The translations under genes were made by a program, and so were the position numbers. A stretch of DNA of 39,595 nucleotides from a phage. The notes beneath the pieces were generated by a model that saw nothing but the letters and a program-made list of their open reading frames with translations, had not been told where the DNA came from and did no database searches. Shown here piece by piece: positions 1-8,723 of the stretch. Within the stretch, counting starts at the first letter, position 1; every line of letters begins with the position of its first letter. The DNA is taken from sequence record PZ544513.1; one strand, written 5' to 3'.

Positions 1-1731
1 ATGACTGCACGTATGAAGTCAGACTTCGTGTTCTTCCTGTTCGTCCTGTGGAAAGCTCTGTCGCTCCCAGTCCCGACTCGCTGTCAGATTGACATGGCGA
101 AGAAACTATCGGCTGGGGACAACAGGCGCTTCATCCTACAGGCGTTCCGTGGTATAGGGAAGTCCTTCATTACGTGTGCCTTCGTTGTCTGGAAGCTATG
201 GAACAACCCAGACTTGAAGTTCATGATTGTGTCGGCCTCAAAGGAGCGAGCCGATGCTAACTCCATCTTCATCAAGCGAATCATCGACCTCATGCCTCAG
301 CTTCAGGAACTCAAACCTAAGCAGGGACAGCGAGATGCGGTTATTAGCTTCGACGTGGGACCTGCCAAGCCAGACCACTCACCTTCGGTTAAGTCCGTTG
401 GTATCACTGGTCAGTTGACTGGTAGTCGTGCTGACATCCTGATTGCCGATGACGTGGAGGTTCCGAACAACTCAGCGACTCAGGCTGCACGAGACCGTCT
501 ATCAGAGCTTGTGAAAGAGTTCGACGCTATCCTGAAGCCGGGAGGTACGATCATCTATCTGGGTACTCCTCAGAACGAGATGACCCTGTACCGTGAGCTG
601 GAAGGTCGTGGGTACACCACTACTATCTGGCCCGCTCGTTATCCACGCGACAGGAAGGACTGGCAGTCTTACGGCGACCGTCTGGCTCCTATGCTTCAGG
701 CAGAGCTGGAAGAGGACCCTGAGTCCTTCTACTGGCGTCCGACTGATGAAGTACGCTTCGATGATACGGACCTGAAGGAACGTGAGCTGTCCTACGGTAA
801 AGCTGGCTTCGCTCTACAGTTCATGCTTAACCCGAACCTGAGTGATGCCGAGAAGTACCCTCTTAAGCTCCGTGACCTTATCGTAGCCGACTTGGACCCA
901 GCGTCCAGCCCAATGGTCTACCAATGGTTGCCGAACCCTCAGAACAAGCGTGAGGACGTTCCTAACGTTGGACTCATGGGTGACTCGTACCACACGTATC
1001 AGACTGTAGGTTCTGCCTTCAGCTCATACACCCAGAAGATTCTGGTCATTGACCCTAGTGGTCGTGGTAAGGATGAAACTGGATATGCGGTACTGTACCA
1101 GCTCAACGGCTACATCTTCGCTATGGAAGTTGGTGGTATGCGTGGTGGTTATGAAGACTCTACGCTGGAAGCCTTGGCTAAGATTGGTCGTAAGTGGAGG
1201 GTAAACGAATACGTCATTGAGGGTAACTTCGGTGATGGTATGTACCTTGAGCTATTCAAGCCTGTATCGGCCCGTATCCATCCTGCGGCTGTAACTGAAG
1301 TGAAGAGTAAGGGTCAGAAAGAACTACGCATCTGTGACGTTCTGGAGCCTATCATGGGGTCTCACAGACTTATCGTTAACGCTGCTGCTATCGTCCAAGA
1401 CTACCAGACAGCCTCTGACAAGGATGGTGTTCGTAACCCTATCTACTCTCTATTCTATCAGATGACACGTATCTCTCGTGAGCGTGGAGCCTTGGCACAC
1501 GATGACCGACTTGATGCGCTGGCTATCGGTGTACAGTTCTTCGTTGAGTCGATGGCTAAGGATGCCAACAAAGGCGAACGTGAAGTCACTGAGGAATGGC
1601 TGGAGGAACAGATGGAGAACCCACGGAAAGGCTTCGAGTCCATCCACACTGAGTTCTGGGACAATGGGGTCCGGGTAACTCACGATACGGACGACGAGCT
1701 TGGACTAGGGTCATACGTTACGTTCCACTAG
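1..1731 (+). CDS. 19: Large terminase subunit (T7 gp19-like), 5-prime truncated by the window edge; the start lies at 39563..39595
   Basis: 576-aa ORF colinear with recalled T7 gp19 ([30 protein letters not shown] Walker A-like, [26 protein letters not shown]); reading frame is open to window position 1 and continuous with the ORF starting at 39563. Confidence 0.93.
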   Translation: MTARMKSDFVFFLFVLWKALSLPVPTRCQIDMAKKLSAGDNRRFILQAFRGIGKSFITCAFVVWKLWNNPDLKFMIVSASKERADANSIFIKRIIDLMPQLQELKPKQGQRDAVISFDVGPAKPDHSPSVKSVGITGQLTGSRADILIADDVEVPNNSATQAARDRLSELVKEFDAILKPGGTIIYLGTPQNEMTLYRELEGRGYTTTIWPARYPRDRKDWQSYGDRLAPMLQAELEEDPESFYWRPTDEVRFDDTDLKERELSYGKAGFALQFMLNPNLSDAEKYPLKLRDLIVADLDPASSPMVYQWLPNPQNKREDVPNVGLMGDSYHTYQTVGSAFSSYTQKILVIDPSGRGKDETGYAVLYQLNGYIFAMEVGGMRGGYEDSTLEALAKIGRKWRVNEYVIEGNFGDGMYLELFKPVSARIHPAAVTEVKSKGQKELRICDVLEPIMGSHRLIVNAAAIVQDYQTASDKDGVRNPIYSLFYQMTRISRERGALAHDDRLDALAIGVQFFVESMAKDANKGEREVTEEWLEEQMENPRKGFESIHTEFWDNGVRVTHDTDDELGLGSYVTFH

Positions 1732-1825
1732 CTGAATGAATAACTATAGGTGAAAGCTGCATGAATAAGCAGTTAGTAACCTATAGTTACTACCAGTCTA
1801 ACATACTGTTTTACAAGGAGTTTGG

Positions 1826-1848
1826 ACTTAACTATCACTATAGGGAAG
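1826..1848 (+). promoter_or_regulatory. Phage RNAP promoter (phi-OR-like) cTTAACTATCACTATAGGGAAG, +1 near 1843
   Basis: Matches the 11-member promoter family of this genome and the T7 promoter core CACTATAGGGAGA; lies downstream of gene 19 near the right genome end, as phi-OR does in T7. Confidence 0.7.
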
Positions 1849-2028
1849 ACCCCCGGTTACTTATAGTATTACTGTAGTGAATATACATATGCAGACTTTA
1901 TGCAAGACCTTAGGAGGCAGACTCCGAGTTCTTACCTAAGGCTTGCACAGATGGAAGGAGGGTGATATTAATCATAATCCCTCCAATACAGATAGTCACC
2001 GACCATAGATACAGGAGGTATGTAGCAT

Positions 2029-2187
2029 ATGGCAAAGACCAAAGCTGTACTTAAAGCTCTGGCGACCAATCGAGCTACATACAGGTTTCTTGCTGCTGTT
2101 CTACTTGCTGCTGGCGTTACTGCTGGAAGTCAGTGGGTCGGGTGGGTCGAGACTCTCGTATGTTCTCTGGTGTCTGAGTGTCGTTAA
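2029..2187 (+). CDS. Small hydrophobic protein (52 aa), gene 19.5-like by position
   Basis: ATG at 2029 preceded by AGGAGG (2013-2018); 52 codons, stop TAA 2185-2187; hydrophobic core LAAVLLAAGVTAG; lies between gene 19 and the terminal repeat; not in the ORF track because under 60 aa. Confidence 0.4.
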   Translation: MAKTKAVLKALATNRATYRFLAAVLLAAGVTAGSQWVGWVETLVCSLVSECR

Positions 2188-2437
2188 CGCCGTAATGGTA
2201 ACAATCAACGAAAGTAAGACCTAAGGTCAGTTCATAGCTGACGCTACTCTACTGACCTTAGCTACTGTAGTCAAGGACTTTAGGTAACACCTTAAAAGAA
2301 GCTCACTTAGGGTCATCCTACTTATTGGTCTATCCTAGTGTCGCCTGACCTACGGTCCTTGACCTACAGTAGCTGGTTCCTAAGGAGGGACGATGAGTTT
2401 TTGACCAAAAGTTTGAGACCACATCTCACAGTTCAAG

Positions 2438-2586
2438 AACATCAAGTCTCCCCCATAGGCCTCTTTCAGTCCAGACCAAAGGCCCTACCCCAGTCTATCA
2501 TAAGGTTGGACCGATGGTCAAGACTTCAGGTCAACGATAGGTTGTGGCTATGGCTTAGGGAAGGACGATAGGTTGGGACTATGGGT
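2438..2586. repeat. Direct terminal repeat, copy 1 (right genome end), 149 bp
   Basis: 2438-2586 is identical to 2588-2736 by direct reading (period 150 bp, one spacer base at 2587); T7-like genomes carry direct terminal repeats of about 150-230 bp. Confidence 0.8.
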
Positions 2587-2587
2587 A

Positions 2588-2736
2588 AACATCAAGTCTC
2601 CCCCATAGGCCTCTTTCAGTCCAGACCAAAGGCCCTACCCCAGTCTATCATAAGGTTGGACCGATGGTCAAGACTTCAGGTCAACGATAGGTTGTGGCTA
2701 TGGCTTAGGGAAGGACGATAGGTTGGGACTATGGGT
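2588..2736. repeat. Direct terminal repeat, copy 2 (left genome end), 149 bp
   Basis: Exact tandem copy of 2438-2586; followed by short-repeat array and host-type promoters as at the T7 left end. Confidence 0.8.
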
Positions 2737-2959
2737 CTGTCTTTGAGTCTCTATCTGTATCAGACCTTGAGTCACTACCTACAGTCTAACTACCTACAGT
2801 CATCGACCATCGGTAATGCCGCTACCTACAGTCATCGACCTACGGTTAATAGACACAAGGATATAGACTTAAGGTCTAATACATGTTAGTCAAAGACTAT
2901 ATCCTCTTAGTCACTATGGGGCCGACGATAGCTTAATCAATATTATTTAAGATTACCTA

Positions 2960-2989
2960 TTGACTACAGGTCCAGACTATGGCTTAATA
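2960..2989 (+). promoter_or_regulatory. Putative host sigma70 early promoter (TTGACT, 17 nt spacer, CTTAAT), weak -10
   Basis: -35 TTGACT at 2960-2965 with an AT-rich upstream tract; located between the terminal repeat and the first early gene, like T7 A1-A3. Confidence 0.25.
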
Positions 2990-3100
2990 GCTTCCGTCAA
3001 CACGACACGGCAACAACCGGATAGTGAAGACGCCGGGTCATCCCGGTTAAGTAGACAGCCTGATAAGTCATACGAACAACAGGCAGATGACAGAAAGTAG

Positions 3101-3130
3101 TTGACAAGATGTACCGACTTAAAGTAGTAT
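3101..3130 (+). promoter_or_regulatory. Putative host sigma70 early promoter (TTGACA, 18 nt spacer, TAGTAT)
   Basis: TTGACA 3101-3106, TAGTAT 3125-3130 followed by GTACCACAT, reminiscent of T7 A2/A3 early promoters; correct position and orientation for early transcription. Confidence 0.45.
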
Positions 3131-3243
3131 GTACCACATCAACACGAAACAACGGTGACGACCAACACTGAAACGGTCTACCTGAAGTCCTCTGACTGAA
3201 GGGAATGCTCTTTAACAATCTGGATAAACTCTTAATGTGCGCC

Positions 3244-3310
3244 GACAGTGATTAACTACAGGGTCTTTGAGTCTACATCTGAAGGCCCTGACTGATAGTC
3301 ACTAGCAACC
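3244..3310 (+). other. Putative RNase III processing hairpin, early-region repeat copy A
   Basis: About 66-nt element CGACAGTGATTAACTACAGGGTC...GGCCCTGACTGATAGTCACTA with imperfect inverted symmetry (AGTGA/TCACT and CAGGG/CCCTG stems with internal loop); three copies, each immediately upstream of an early gene. Confidence 0.5.
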
Positions 3311-3324
3311 TAAGAGGATTCATT

Positions 3325-3603
3325 ATGAGACTGAACAAAGCTACAGCAGAAGCCTTTCGCAAGGAGCTTGAATCAAGATTATTGTGTGGAGTGGCGGAAG
3401 GAGCCGCTCGATATAAAGAGAATGGTCTAACGTTCAAGCGCTTTATGTGGGATTGCTATCACGGAGTGGGCCATAAAAAGTCGCAGGAAATAATCACCAG
3501 CAACAATGCGGAAGTGCAAGTGATAGGAGGATACATGGCTAACGTGAAGGATTCACACATAGAGACAATGCTTAAGAATGCACTTAAAGATGTAGCCTAC
3601 TAG
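3325..3603 (+). CDS. Hypothetical early protein (92 aa), first gene behind the host promoters
   Basis: ORF with RBS AAGAGGA 8 nt upstream of ATG; preceded by repeat copy A; no recognisable motif. Confidence 0.6.
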   Translation: MRLNKATAEAFRKELESRLLCGVAEGAARYKENGLTFKRFMWDCYHGVGHKKSQEIITSNNAEVQVIGGYMANVKDSHIETMLKNALKDVAY

Positions 3604-3658
3604 TGATTAACTACAGGTCGTTAGACTGATAGCGGCCTGACTGATAGTCACTAACACA
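3601..3658 (+). other. Putative RNase III processing hairpin, early-region repeat copy B (diverged)
   Basis: TAGTGATTAACTACAGG...CCTGACTGATAGTCACTAACA shares both flanks with copies A and C; immediately upstream of the ocr homolog. Confidence 0.45.
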
Positions 3659-3683
3659 TAATTAACTTTGAGAGGATATAACT

Positions 3684-4190
3684 ATGGAACGTAATGCTAA
3701 CGCATACTATGAGCTGCTGGCTGCAACCGTTGAGGCATTTATCGAGCGTATTCAGTACGACCACCTGACTCAAGATGATGACTACAGCGATGCGCTGCAT
3801 GAGGTCGTAGACGGTCAGGTTCCACACTATTACCACGAGATTTTTACGGTGATGGCTGCTGATGGTATAGACCACGAGTTCGAAGACTCTGGGCTGATGC
3901 CTGAAACCAAGGACGTAACGCGTATCCTACAAGCTCGCATCTATGAGGCGCTTTATAACGATGTGTCTAATAGCTTGGATGTAGTCTGGTTTGAGGATGA
4001 AGAGGCAGAAGAAGAGGATGAATATTGGGTAGTTGACGCTAAAACAGACGCAATAATTGTGCAAGCTGTAGCTCTTGAGGTCGCTACTGCATGTACCAAG
4101 GTTAACTATGCGGCAGGTCGCCACCTGAAGGTGGAAGACATCAATGATAACGTAGTGTTCGACCCTGCGGCTGAGGACTGCGAGCGATGA
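3684..4190 (+). CDS. ocr: Ocr-like DNA-mimic anti-restriction protein (T7 gp0.3 homolog) with a C-terminal extension of about 50 aa
   Basis: Core [43 protein letters not shown] is near-identical to recalled T7 Ocr ([43 protein letters not shown]); acidic; 168 aa versus 117 aa in T7. Confidence 0.88.
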   Translation: MERNANAYYELLAATVEAFIERIQYDHLTQDDDYSDALHEVVDGQVPHYYHEIFTVMAADGIDHEFEDSGLMPETKDVTRILQARIYEALYNDVSNSLDVVWFEDEEAEEEDEYWVVDAKTDAIIVQAVALEVATACTKVNYAAGRHLKVEDINDNVVFDPAAEDCER

Positions 4191-4357
4191 TAACTTACGG
4201 TTTATGCCAGCACCACGTCACCAACGCCCGACTTATGGTCAAGACCGGGCGGTTAACCCATGATGAGACTATGCGTCTCCTGAAGGTGGTCTACAAGCGC
4301 CGCAAGCGCATACACGACAGTTTGCACGCTGAGGATAACCAACAATGCTCCAGATAA
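4187..4357 (+). CDS. Hypothetical small basic early protein (56 aa)
   Basis: ATG at 4187 overlaps the ocr stop (ATGA); 56 codons to TAA 4355-4357; under the ORF-track size cutoff. Confidence 0.25.
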   Translation: MITYGLCQHHVTNARLMVKTGRLTHDETMRLLKVVYKRRKRIHDSLHAEDNQQCSR

Positions 4358-4422
4358 CTTATAGCAGCGAACAAGCGTTCTACGACGGGTGCTACGAGAT
4401 GATGAAGCGCGATACTTGCTAG

Positions 4423-4488
4423 CGACAGTGATTAACTACAGGGTCTTTGAGTCTACATCTGAAGGCCCTGACTGATAGCCACTAACAA
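4423..4488 (+). other. Putative RNase III processing hairpin, early-region repeat copy C
   Basis: Identical to copy A except 2 positions over 66 nt; immediately upstream of the ORF at 4503. Confidence 0.5.
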
Positions 4489-4502
4489 CTGAGAGGACAG
4501 AT

Positions 4503-4730
4503 ATGAACACAATCACTGGTGCCATAGCCAAAGGTTTTCGAGCAATTTTCAGTGAATCGCAAGAAGTATGCACCAATCATAAATTCGTACTTTCTTGCGT
4601 AGTAGGGGACGAGTTTGACGGATTCGATAAACTGGTGGTTTGCGACCATTGTGGACAAGAGGCTATCCAACGCTCAAACGGTAAATTTGAATTAATAGAC
4701 GATAGCCTTACAGAAGGAGACGGCGAGTAA
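4503..4730 (+). CDS. Hypothetical early protein (75 aa), possible Cys-rich zinc-binding motif
   Basis: ORF with RBS GAGAGGA; contains C-x8-C ... CDHC cysteine pairs; no homolog recognised. Confidence 0.6.
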   Translation: MNTITGAIAKGFRAIFSESQEVCTNHKFVLSCVVGDEFDGFDKLVVCDHCGQEAIQRSNGKFELIDDSLTEGDGE

Positions 4731-4862
4731 CCTAGATAAACAGGAGAGAACCAAATCGTAGCTTGACCATAACGCTGACAGGTGGATACTGAGTGATAGA
4801 CGAGAGGCCGTCGAATGATAGGTGGCCTCAAAGATTATCACTTGAATTAATAGGAGTTAACT

Positions 4863-4952
4863 ATGAGTGTGGGATATTGGGTCTGCCTAGCGCCAGTTAT
4901 CTGGATGATAGGCTATGGGTTATACGACTGTATTAAACGGAAATCACTATGA
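4863..4952 (+). CDS. Hypothetical small membrane peptide (29 aa)
   Basis: ATG 4863 preceded by TAGGAG; hydrophobic WVCLAPVIWMIGYGLY; stop overlaps the next ATG (ATGA at 4949-4952). Confidence 0.3.
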   Translation: MSVGYWVCLAPVIWMIGYGLYDCIKRKSL

Positions 4953-5146
4953 GTATTGCACTATTGATAGCCATAGGCTATGGACTTATCGCATACGTGC
5001 TGGTGAGAGACATCAACAAGGCACGTAAAGTCTATAAATTCAACTATGTACGTATGGTCCGCTGGACTGTACGTCAACCTAACGGACGATTCCTGCGCAA
5101 TTTAGCGAACGTCTGGGATATAGCAACTCTTGGGAGCAAACTGTAA
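4949..5146 (+). CDS. Hypothetical early membrane protein (65 aa)
   Basis: N-terminal hydrophobic segment IALLIAIGYGLIAYVLV followed by basic tail; translationally coupled to neighbours. Confidence 0.55.
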   Translation: MSIALLIAIGYGLIAYVLVRDINKARKVYKFNYVRMVRWTVRQPNGRFLRNLANVWDIATLGSKL

Positions 5147-5472
5147 TGAACAAGTCATACGGGATTAATCTGGTACACTCTATGGACGCAGAAATGAACA
5201 TGTTAAGCCTACTGGCTACCGGGTATCGTCACGGAACGTCAAGTCACACCGCACGTCAACAGCAGGAGAGGGACCGTGTACTACAGGCGCGACTCCGGGC
5301 AGAGGGCCATAAGTCCGAACTGATGTGTCTGGCGTATGGCGGACGACCGATCACTGACGATGGTAAACTTCTGGTATCAGGCTGGAAGGCGATAGACCAA
5401 CGGTCAACCATCAAGCACACGACTCACGGTGACTTCAGCCATCTCCACGCTAACCCACTGATATGCAAGTGA
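5146..5472 (+). CDS. Hypothetical early protein (108 aa); sits where T7 has gene 0.7 but has no kinase motifs
   Basis: ORF starts at TAATG overlap with the previous gene; no recognisable domain. Confidence 0.55.
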   Translation: MNKSYGINLVHSMDAEMNMLSLLATGYRHGTSSHTARQQQERDRVLQARLRAEGHKSELMCLAYGGRPITDDGKLLVSGWKAIDQRSTIKHTTHGDFSHLHANPLICK

Positions 5473-5477
5473 TTATG

Positions 5478-5500
5478 ACTTAACTATCACTATAGGACTC
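5478..5500 (+). promoter_or_regulatory. Phage RNAP promoter-like sequence upstream of the RNA polymerase gene (ACTTAACTATCACTATAGGACTC)
   Basis: Full match to the promoter family core except GGAC instead of GGGA at +1..+4; about 70 bp upstream of gene 1. Confidence 0.5.
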
Positions 5501-5569
5501 AAGGTCTAAGACTCCAAGTGAAAGACCAAAGAGACTTTAAGTGAAAGACTAATAACAAGGACTTTAAGT

Positions 5570-8251
5570 ATGAGCGTCATCTCTATTGACAAACACGACT
5601 TCTCTGATGTGTCGAACGCCATTGAGCCGTTTAACCTGCTGGCTGACCACTACGGGCAAGACCTTGCAGTCAAACAGCTTCAGCTTGAGCATGAGGCCTA
5701 CACTGAAGGTGAGCGACGTTTCATCAAGAACCTTGAGCGTCAGACCGAGCGAGGGGAACTGGCAGACAATCAGGTCGCCAAGCCTTTGATGCAGACTCTG
5801 GTTCCTAAGATTGCGCAAGCCGTCAAGGAGTGGCACGAAGGTCCAGACGGGAAGCTGTCAACCTCACGTCCGAGCGTAGCGTTCACCATGTTAAGCACTG
5901 AAGAGAAGGCCGTCAAGGACCGCTCTCTTCGCATCTCCTGCGAGTCTGCTGCGGTTATCATACTGAAGGTCATCCTCTCCAAGCTGGTCAAGCCTGAAGG
6001 TATACCGATTACACCGATGGCCTCCGCGATAGGTCGCACACTTGAGGATGAAATCCGATTCGGTCGCATTCGTGACAAGGAGAAGGAGCACTTCAAGAAG
6101 GCGATAGCTGATAACCTGAACAAGAGAGCCGGGGCATCATACAAGAAAGCCTACATGCAAGCGGTCGAGACATCCATGCTGGAGCAAGGCCAACTAGAAG
6201 ATGCGTGGGGAACTTGGAGTCCGACCGAGGCTGTCCACGTTGGAATCAAGATGCTGGAGATTGTCATACAGTCAACACAACTGGTCGAGCTTAAGCGTTA
6301 CGGTGCTGGCAATGCAGCGGCTGACGTTGAGATGGTCCACCTGTCAGACTTCTGGGTCAAGAAGATGGCACAACGAGGATTCAGCCTTGCGGGTATCGCC
6401 CCAGTCTACCAGCCTTGCGTCGTTCCGCCTAAGCCGTGGACTGGTGTCGTAGGCGGTGGGTATTGGGCCAAAGGTCGAAGACCATTGCCACTGATTCGCT
6501 TAGGGTCTAAGTCTGCGGTAGCACGTTATGAAGACGTATACATGCCTGAAGTCTATGAAGCTGTGAATATCATCCAGAATACACCTTGGAAAGTGAACAA
6601 GAAGGTATTGGACGTGGTGAACAGGGTCGAGAAGCTGAACAACACGCCTATTAATGACATCCCTCAGATGGAACCGCTGAAGCCTGAGGACTATGCTGGT
6701 GAAACCGAGGAGGAACTCAAGGCATGGAAGAAGGCTGCTGCTGGTATCTATCGCCGCGAGAAGGCCAGACAGTCACGCAGATTATCACTGAGCTTTATCG
6801 TTAACCAAGCAAACAAGTTCTCTCAGTTCAAGGCCATCTGGTTCCCGTACAACATGGATTGGCGAGGTCGTGTCTACGCTGTCCCGATGTTCAACCCTCA
6901 GGGTAACGACATGCAGAAGGGGCTCCTGACTCTGGCAGTCGGCAAGCCTATTGGTGCTGACGGTTTCAAATGGCTGAAGGTCCACGGTGCAAACTGTGCG
7001 GGTGTCGATAAAGTCACCTTCGATGAGCGCATCAAGTGGGTGGAAGACAACCACGAAAACATCATGGCTGCTGCTAAGGCACCGATGGATAGCATTGAGT
7101 GGTGGGGCAAGTTAGACTCTCCGTTCTGCTTCCTAGCGTTCTGCTTCGAGTATGCTGGCGTAATGCACCACGGCTTGTCTTACTCCTGCTCGCTGCCGAT
7201 AGCGTTCGATGGGTCCTGCTCTGGGATTCAGCACTTCAGCGCTATGCTTCGCGACCACATCGGTGGACATGCAGTAAACCTGACGCCATCCGGTAAGGTC
7301 CAAGACATCTACCGCATCGTGTCTGACCGCATTGAGGAGGAGCTTAAAGTCCTACTGGTTAACGGTACGGACAACGAGATGGTAACTCACGAGGACAAGA
7401 AAACTGGTGAGATTACCGAGCGTCTCAAGCTGGGGACACGAGAGCTTGCCCGTCAGTGGCTGACCTACGGTATGTCACGAAAGGTCACTAAGCGTTCGGT
7501 CATGACTCTGGCCTACGGGTCGAAAGAGTACGGCTTCGCAGACCAAGTTTACGAGGACATCGTGATGCCAGCGATTGACTCAGGGTCTGGCGCTATGTTC
7601 ACTGAACCAAGCCAAGCATCTCGCTTCATGGCTAAGATGATTTGGGAAGCTGTGAGTGTGACCGTAGTTGCTGCGGTTGACGCGATGAAATGGCTTCAGG
7701 GTGCTGCCAAGCTGCTTGCTGCTGAAGTGAAGGACAAGAAGACTGGAGAAATCCTGAAGCCTTGTCTTCCGGTACACTGGGTCACACCTGATGGTTTCCC
7801 TGTCTGGCAGGAATACCGAAAGAAGGACACCACTCGTCTGAACCTGATGTTCTTAGGGTCATTCAACCTTCAGCCTACCGTCAACAAAGGCACGAAGAAA
7901 GAGCTGGACAAGCACAAGCAGGAGTCAGGCATTAGCCCGAACTTCGTCCACTCACAAGATGGTAGCCACCTCCGCAAGACTGTAGTCCACACGCACCGCA
8001 AATATGGCGTGATGTCATTCGCAGTGATTCACGATAGCTTCGGGACCATCCCGGCTGACGCTGAGTATCTGTTCCGTGGAGTCCGTGAGACGATGGTCGA
8101 GACCTACCGCGACAACGATGTGCTGCTTGACTTCTACGAGCAGTTTGAATACCAGCTTCACGAGAGCCAGAGAGACAAGTTGCCTGAGCTTCCTAAGAAA
8201 GGTAAACTGAATATCGAAGACATCTTGTCTTCAGACTTTGCATTCGCTTAA
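5570..8251 (+). CDS. 1: Single-subunit DNA-directed RNA polymerase (T7 gp1 family)
   Basis: 893 aa; colinear with T7/T3 RNAP throughout (PMFQPCVVPPKPWTG, FPYNMDWRGRVYAVPMFNPQGNDM, AFCFEYAGV.HHGLSY, DGSCSGIQHFSAMLRD, NFVHSQDGSHLRKTVV, IHDSFGTIPADA, C-terminal DFAFA). Confidence 0.98.
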   Translation: MSVISIDKHDFSDVSNAIEPFNLLADHYGQDLAVKQLQLEHEAYTEGERRFIKNLERQTERGELADNQVAKPLMQTLVPKIAQAVKEWHEGPDGKLSTSRPSVAFTMLSTEEKAVKDRSLRISCESAAVIILKVILSKLVKPEGIPITPMASAIGRTLEDEIRFGRIRDKEKEHFKKAIADNLNKRAGASYKKAYMQAVETSMLEQGQLEDAWGTWSPTEAVHVGIKMLEIVIQSTQLVELKRYGAGNAAADVEMVHLSDFWVKKMAQRGFSLAGIAPVYQPCVVPPKPWTGVVGGGYWAKGRRPLPLIRLGSKSAVARYEDVYMPEVYEAVNIIQNTPWKVNKKVLDVVNRVEKLNNTPINDIPQMEPLKPEDYAGETEEELKAWKKAAAGIYRREKARQSRRLSLSFIVNQANKFSQFKAIWFPYNMDWRGRVYAVPMFNPQGNDMQKGLLTLAVGKPIGADGFKWLKVHGANCAGVDKVTFDERIKWVEDNHENIMAAAKAPMDSIEWWGKLDSPFCFLAFCFEYAGVMHHGLSYSCSLPIAFDGSCSGIQHFSAMLRDHIGGHAVNLTPSGKVQDIYRIVSDRIEEELKVLLVNGTDNEMVTHEDKKTGEITERLKLGTRELARQWLTYGMSRKVTKRSVMTLAYGSKEYGFADQVYEDIVMPAIDSGSGAMFTEPSQASRFMAKMIWEAVSVTVVAAVDAMKWLQGAAKLLAAEVKDKKTGEILKPCLPVHWVTPDGFPVWQEYRKKDTTRLNLMFLGSFNLQPTVNKGTKKELDKHKQESGISPNFVHSQDGSHLRKTVVHTHRKYGVMSFAVIHDSFGTIPADAEYLFRGVRETMVETYRDNDVLLDFYEQFEYQLHESQRDKLPELPKKGKLNIEDILSSDFAFA

Positions 8252-8266
8252 CAACAGGAGAAGTAT

Positions 8267-8497
8267 ATGTCAATGAAACTTGTAGCACACAACAGGGTAT
8301 TCAACGATGGGTCGGGACGTTGCCATGTAGAGCTGACTTATAAGGATTTAATCATTCTCCGAGACAGATTACAGTCGGGTGTGACTGGGTGGATTCAACC
8401 TAACGAGTACAACCTTATAGCTTCGATTGATGAAGTTCTTAACGCGTGGATGGAAGACGAGCGCATTCAGTATCCGTCATTCCCTCTAATTAGATAA
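8267..8497 (+). CDS. Hypothetical protein (76 aa)
   Basis: ORF with RBS GGAGAAG directly after gene 1; no T7 counterpart recognised. Confidence 0.5.
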   Translation: MSMKLVAHNRVFNDGSGRCHVELTYKDLIILRDRLQSGVTGWIQPNEYNLIASIDEVLNAWMEDERIQYPSFPLIR

Positions 8498-8507
8498 GGA
8501 GAGAGTT

Positions 8508-8723
8508 ATGAAATTTGCACACAAGCATACTGGCGTTAATGGTGGGACTCAAATCGTGACCGTAACAGAACACAACGGCAAGGGTCTGGTGAAGACCACG
8601 GTCATCCCTACCGAGATGTCCAAGCAGCTTAACATCCCGTTCAAGACTCTTGTATATCTGGTCGAGTCCAGCCACGAGAAGTACCTGAAGGACGCAGTGT
8701 CCAAGCTGGAGCAGGCCAAATGA
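8508..8723 (+). CDS. Hypothetical protein (71 aa)
   Basis: ORF with RBS AAGGAGAGAG; no T7 counterpart recognised. Confidence 0.5.
   Translation: MKFAHKHTGVNGGTQIVTVTEHNGKGLVKTTVIPTEMSKQLNIPFKTLVYLVESSHEKYLKDAVSKLEQAK

Noticed and set aside
1732-1800. Partial promoter-like strings AACTATAGG and CTATAG just downstream of gene 19
   Set aside because: They lack the CACTATA core shared by all 11 clear promoters, so are probably chance or degenerate matches.
2338-2571. 77-aa + strand ORF in the ORF track
   Set aside because: Lies largely inside terminal-repeat copy 1 and its flanking short-repeat array, with no RBS; the region is noncoding in T7-like genomes.
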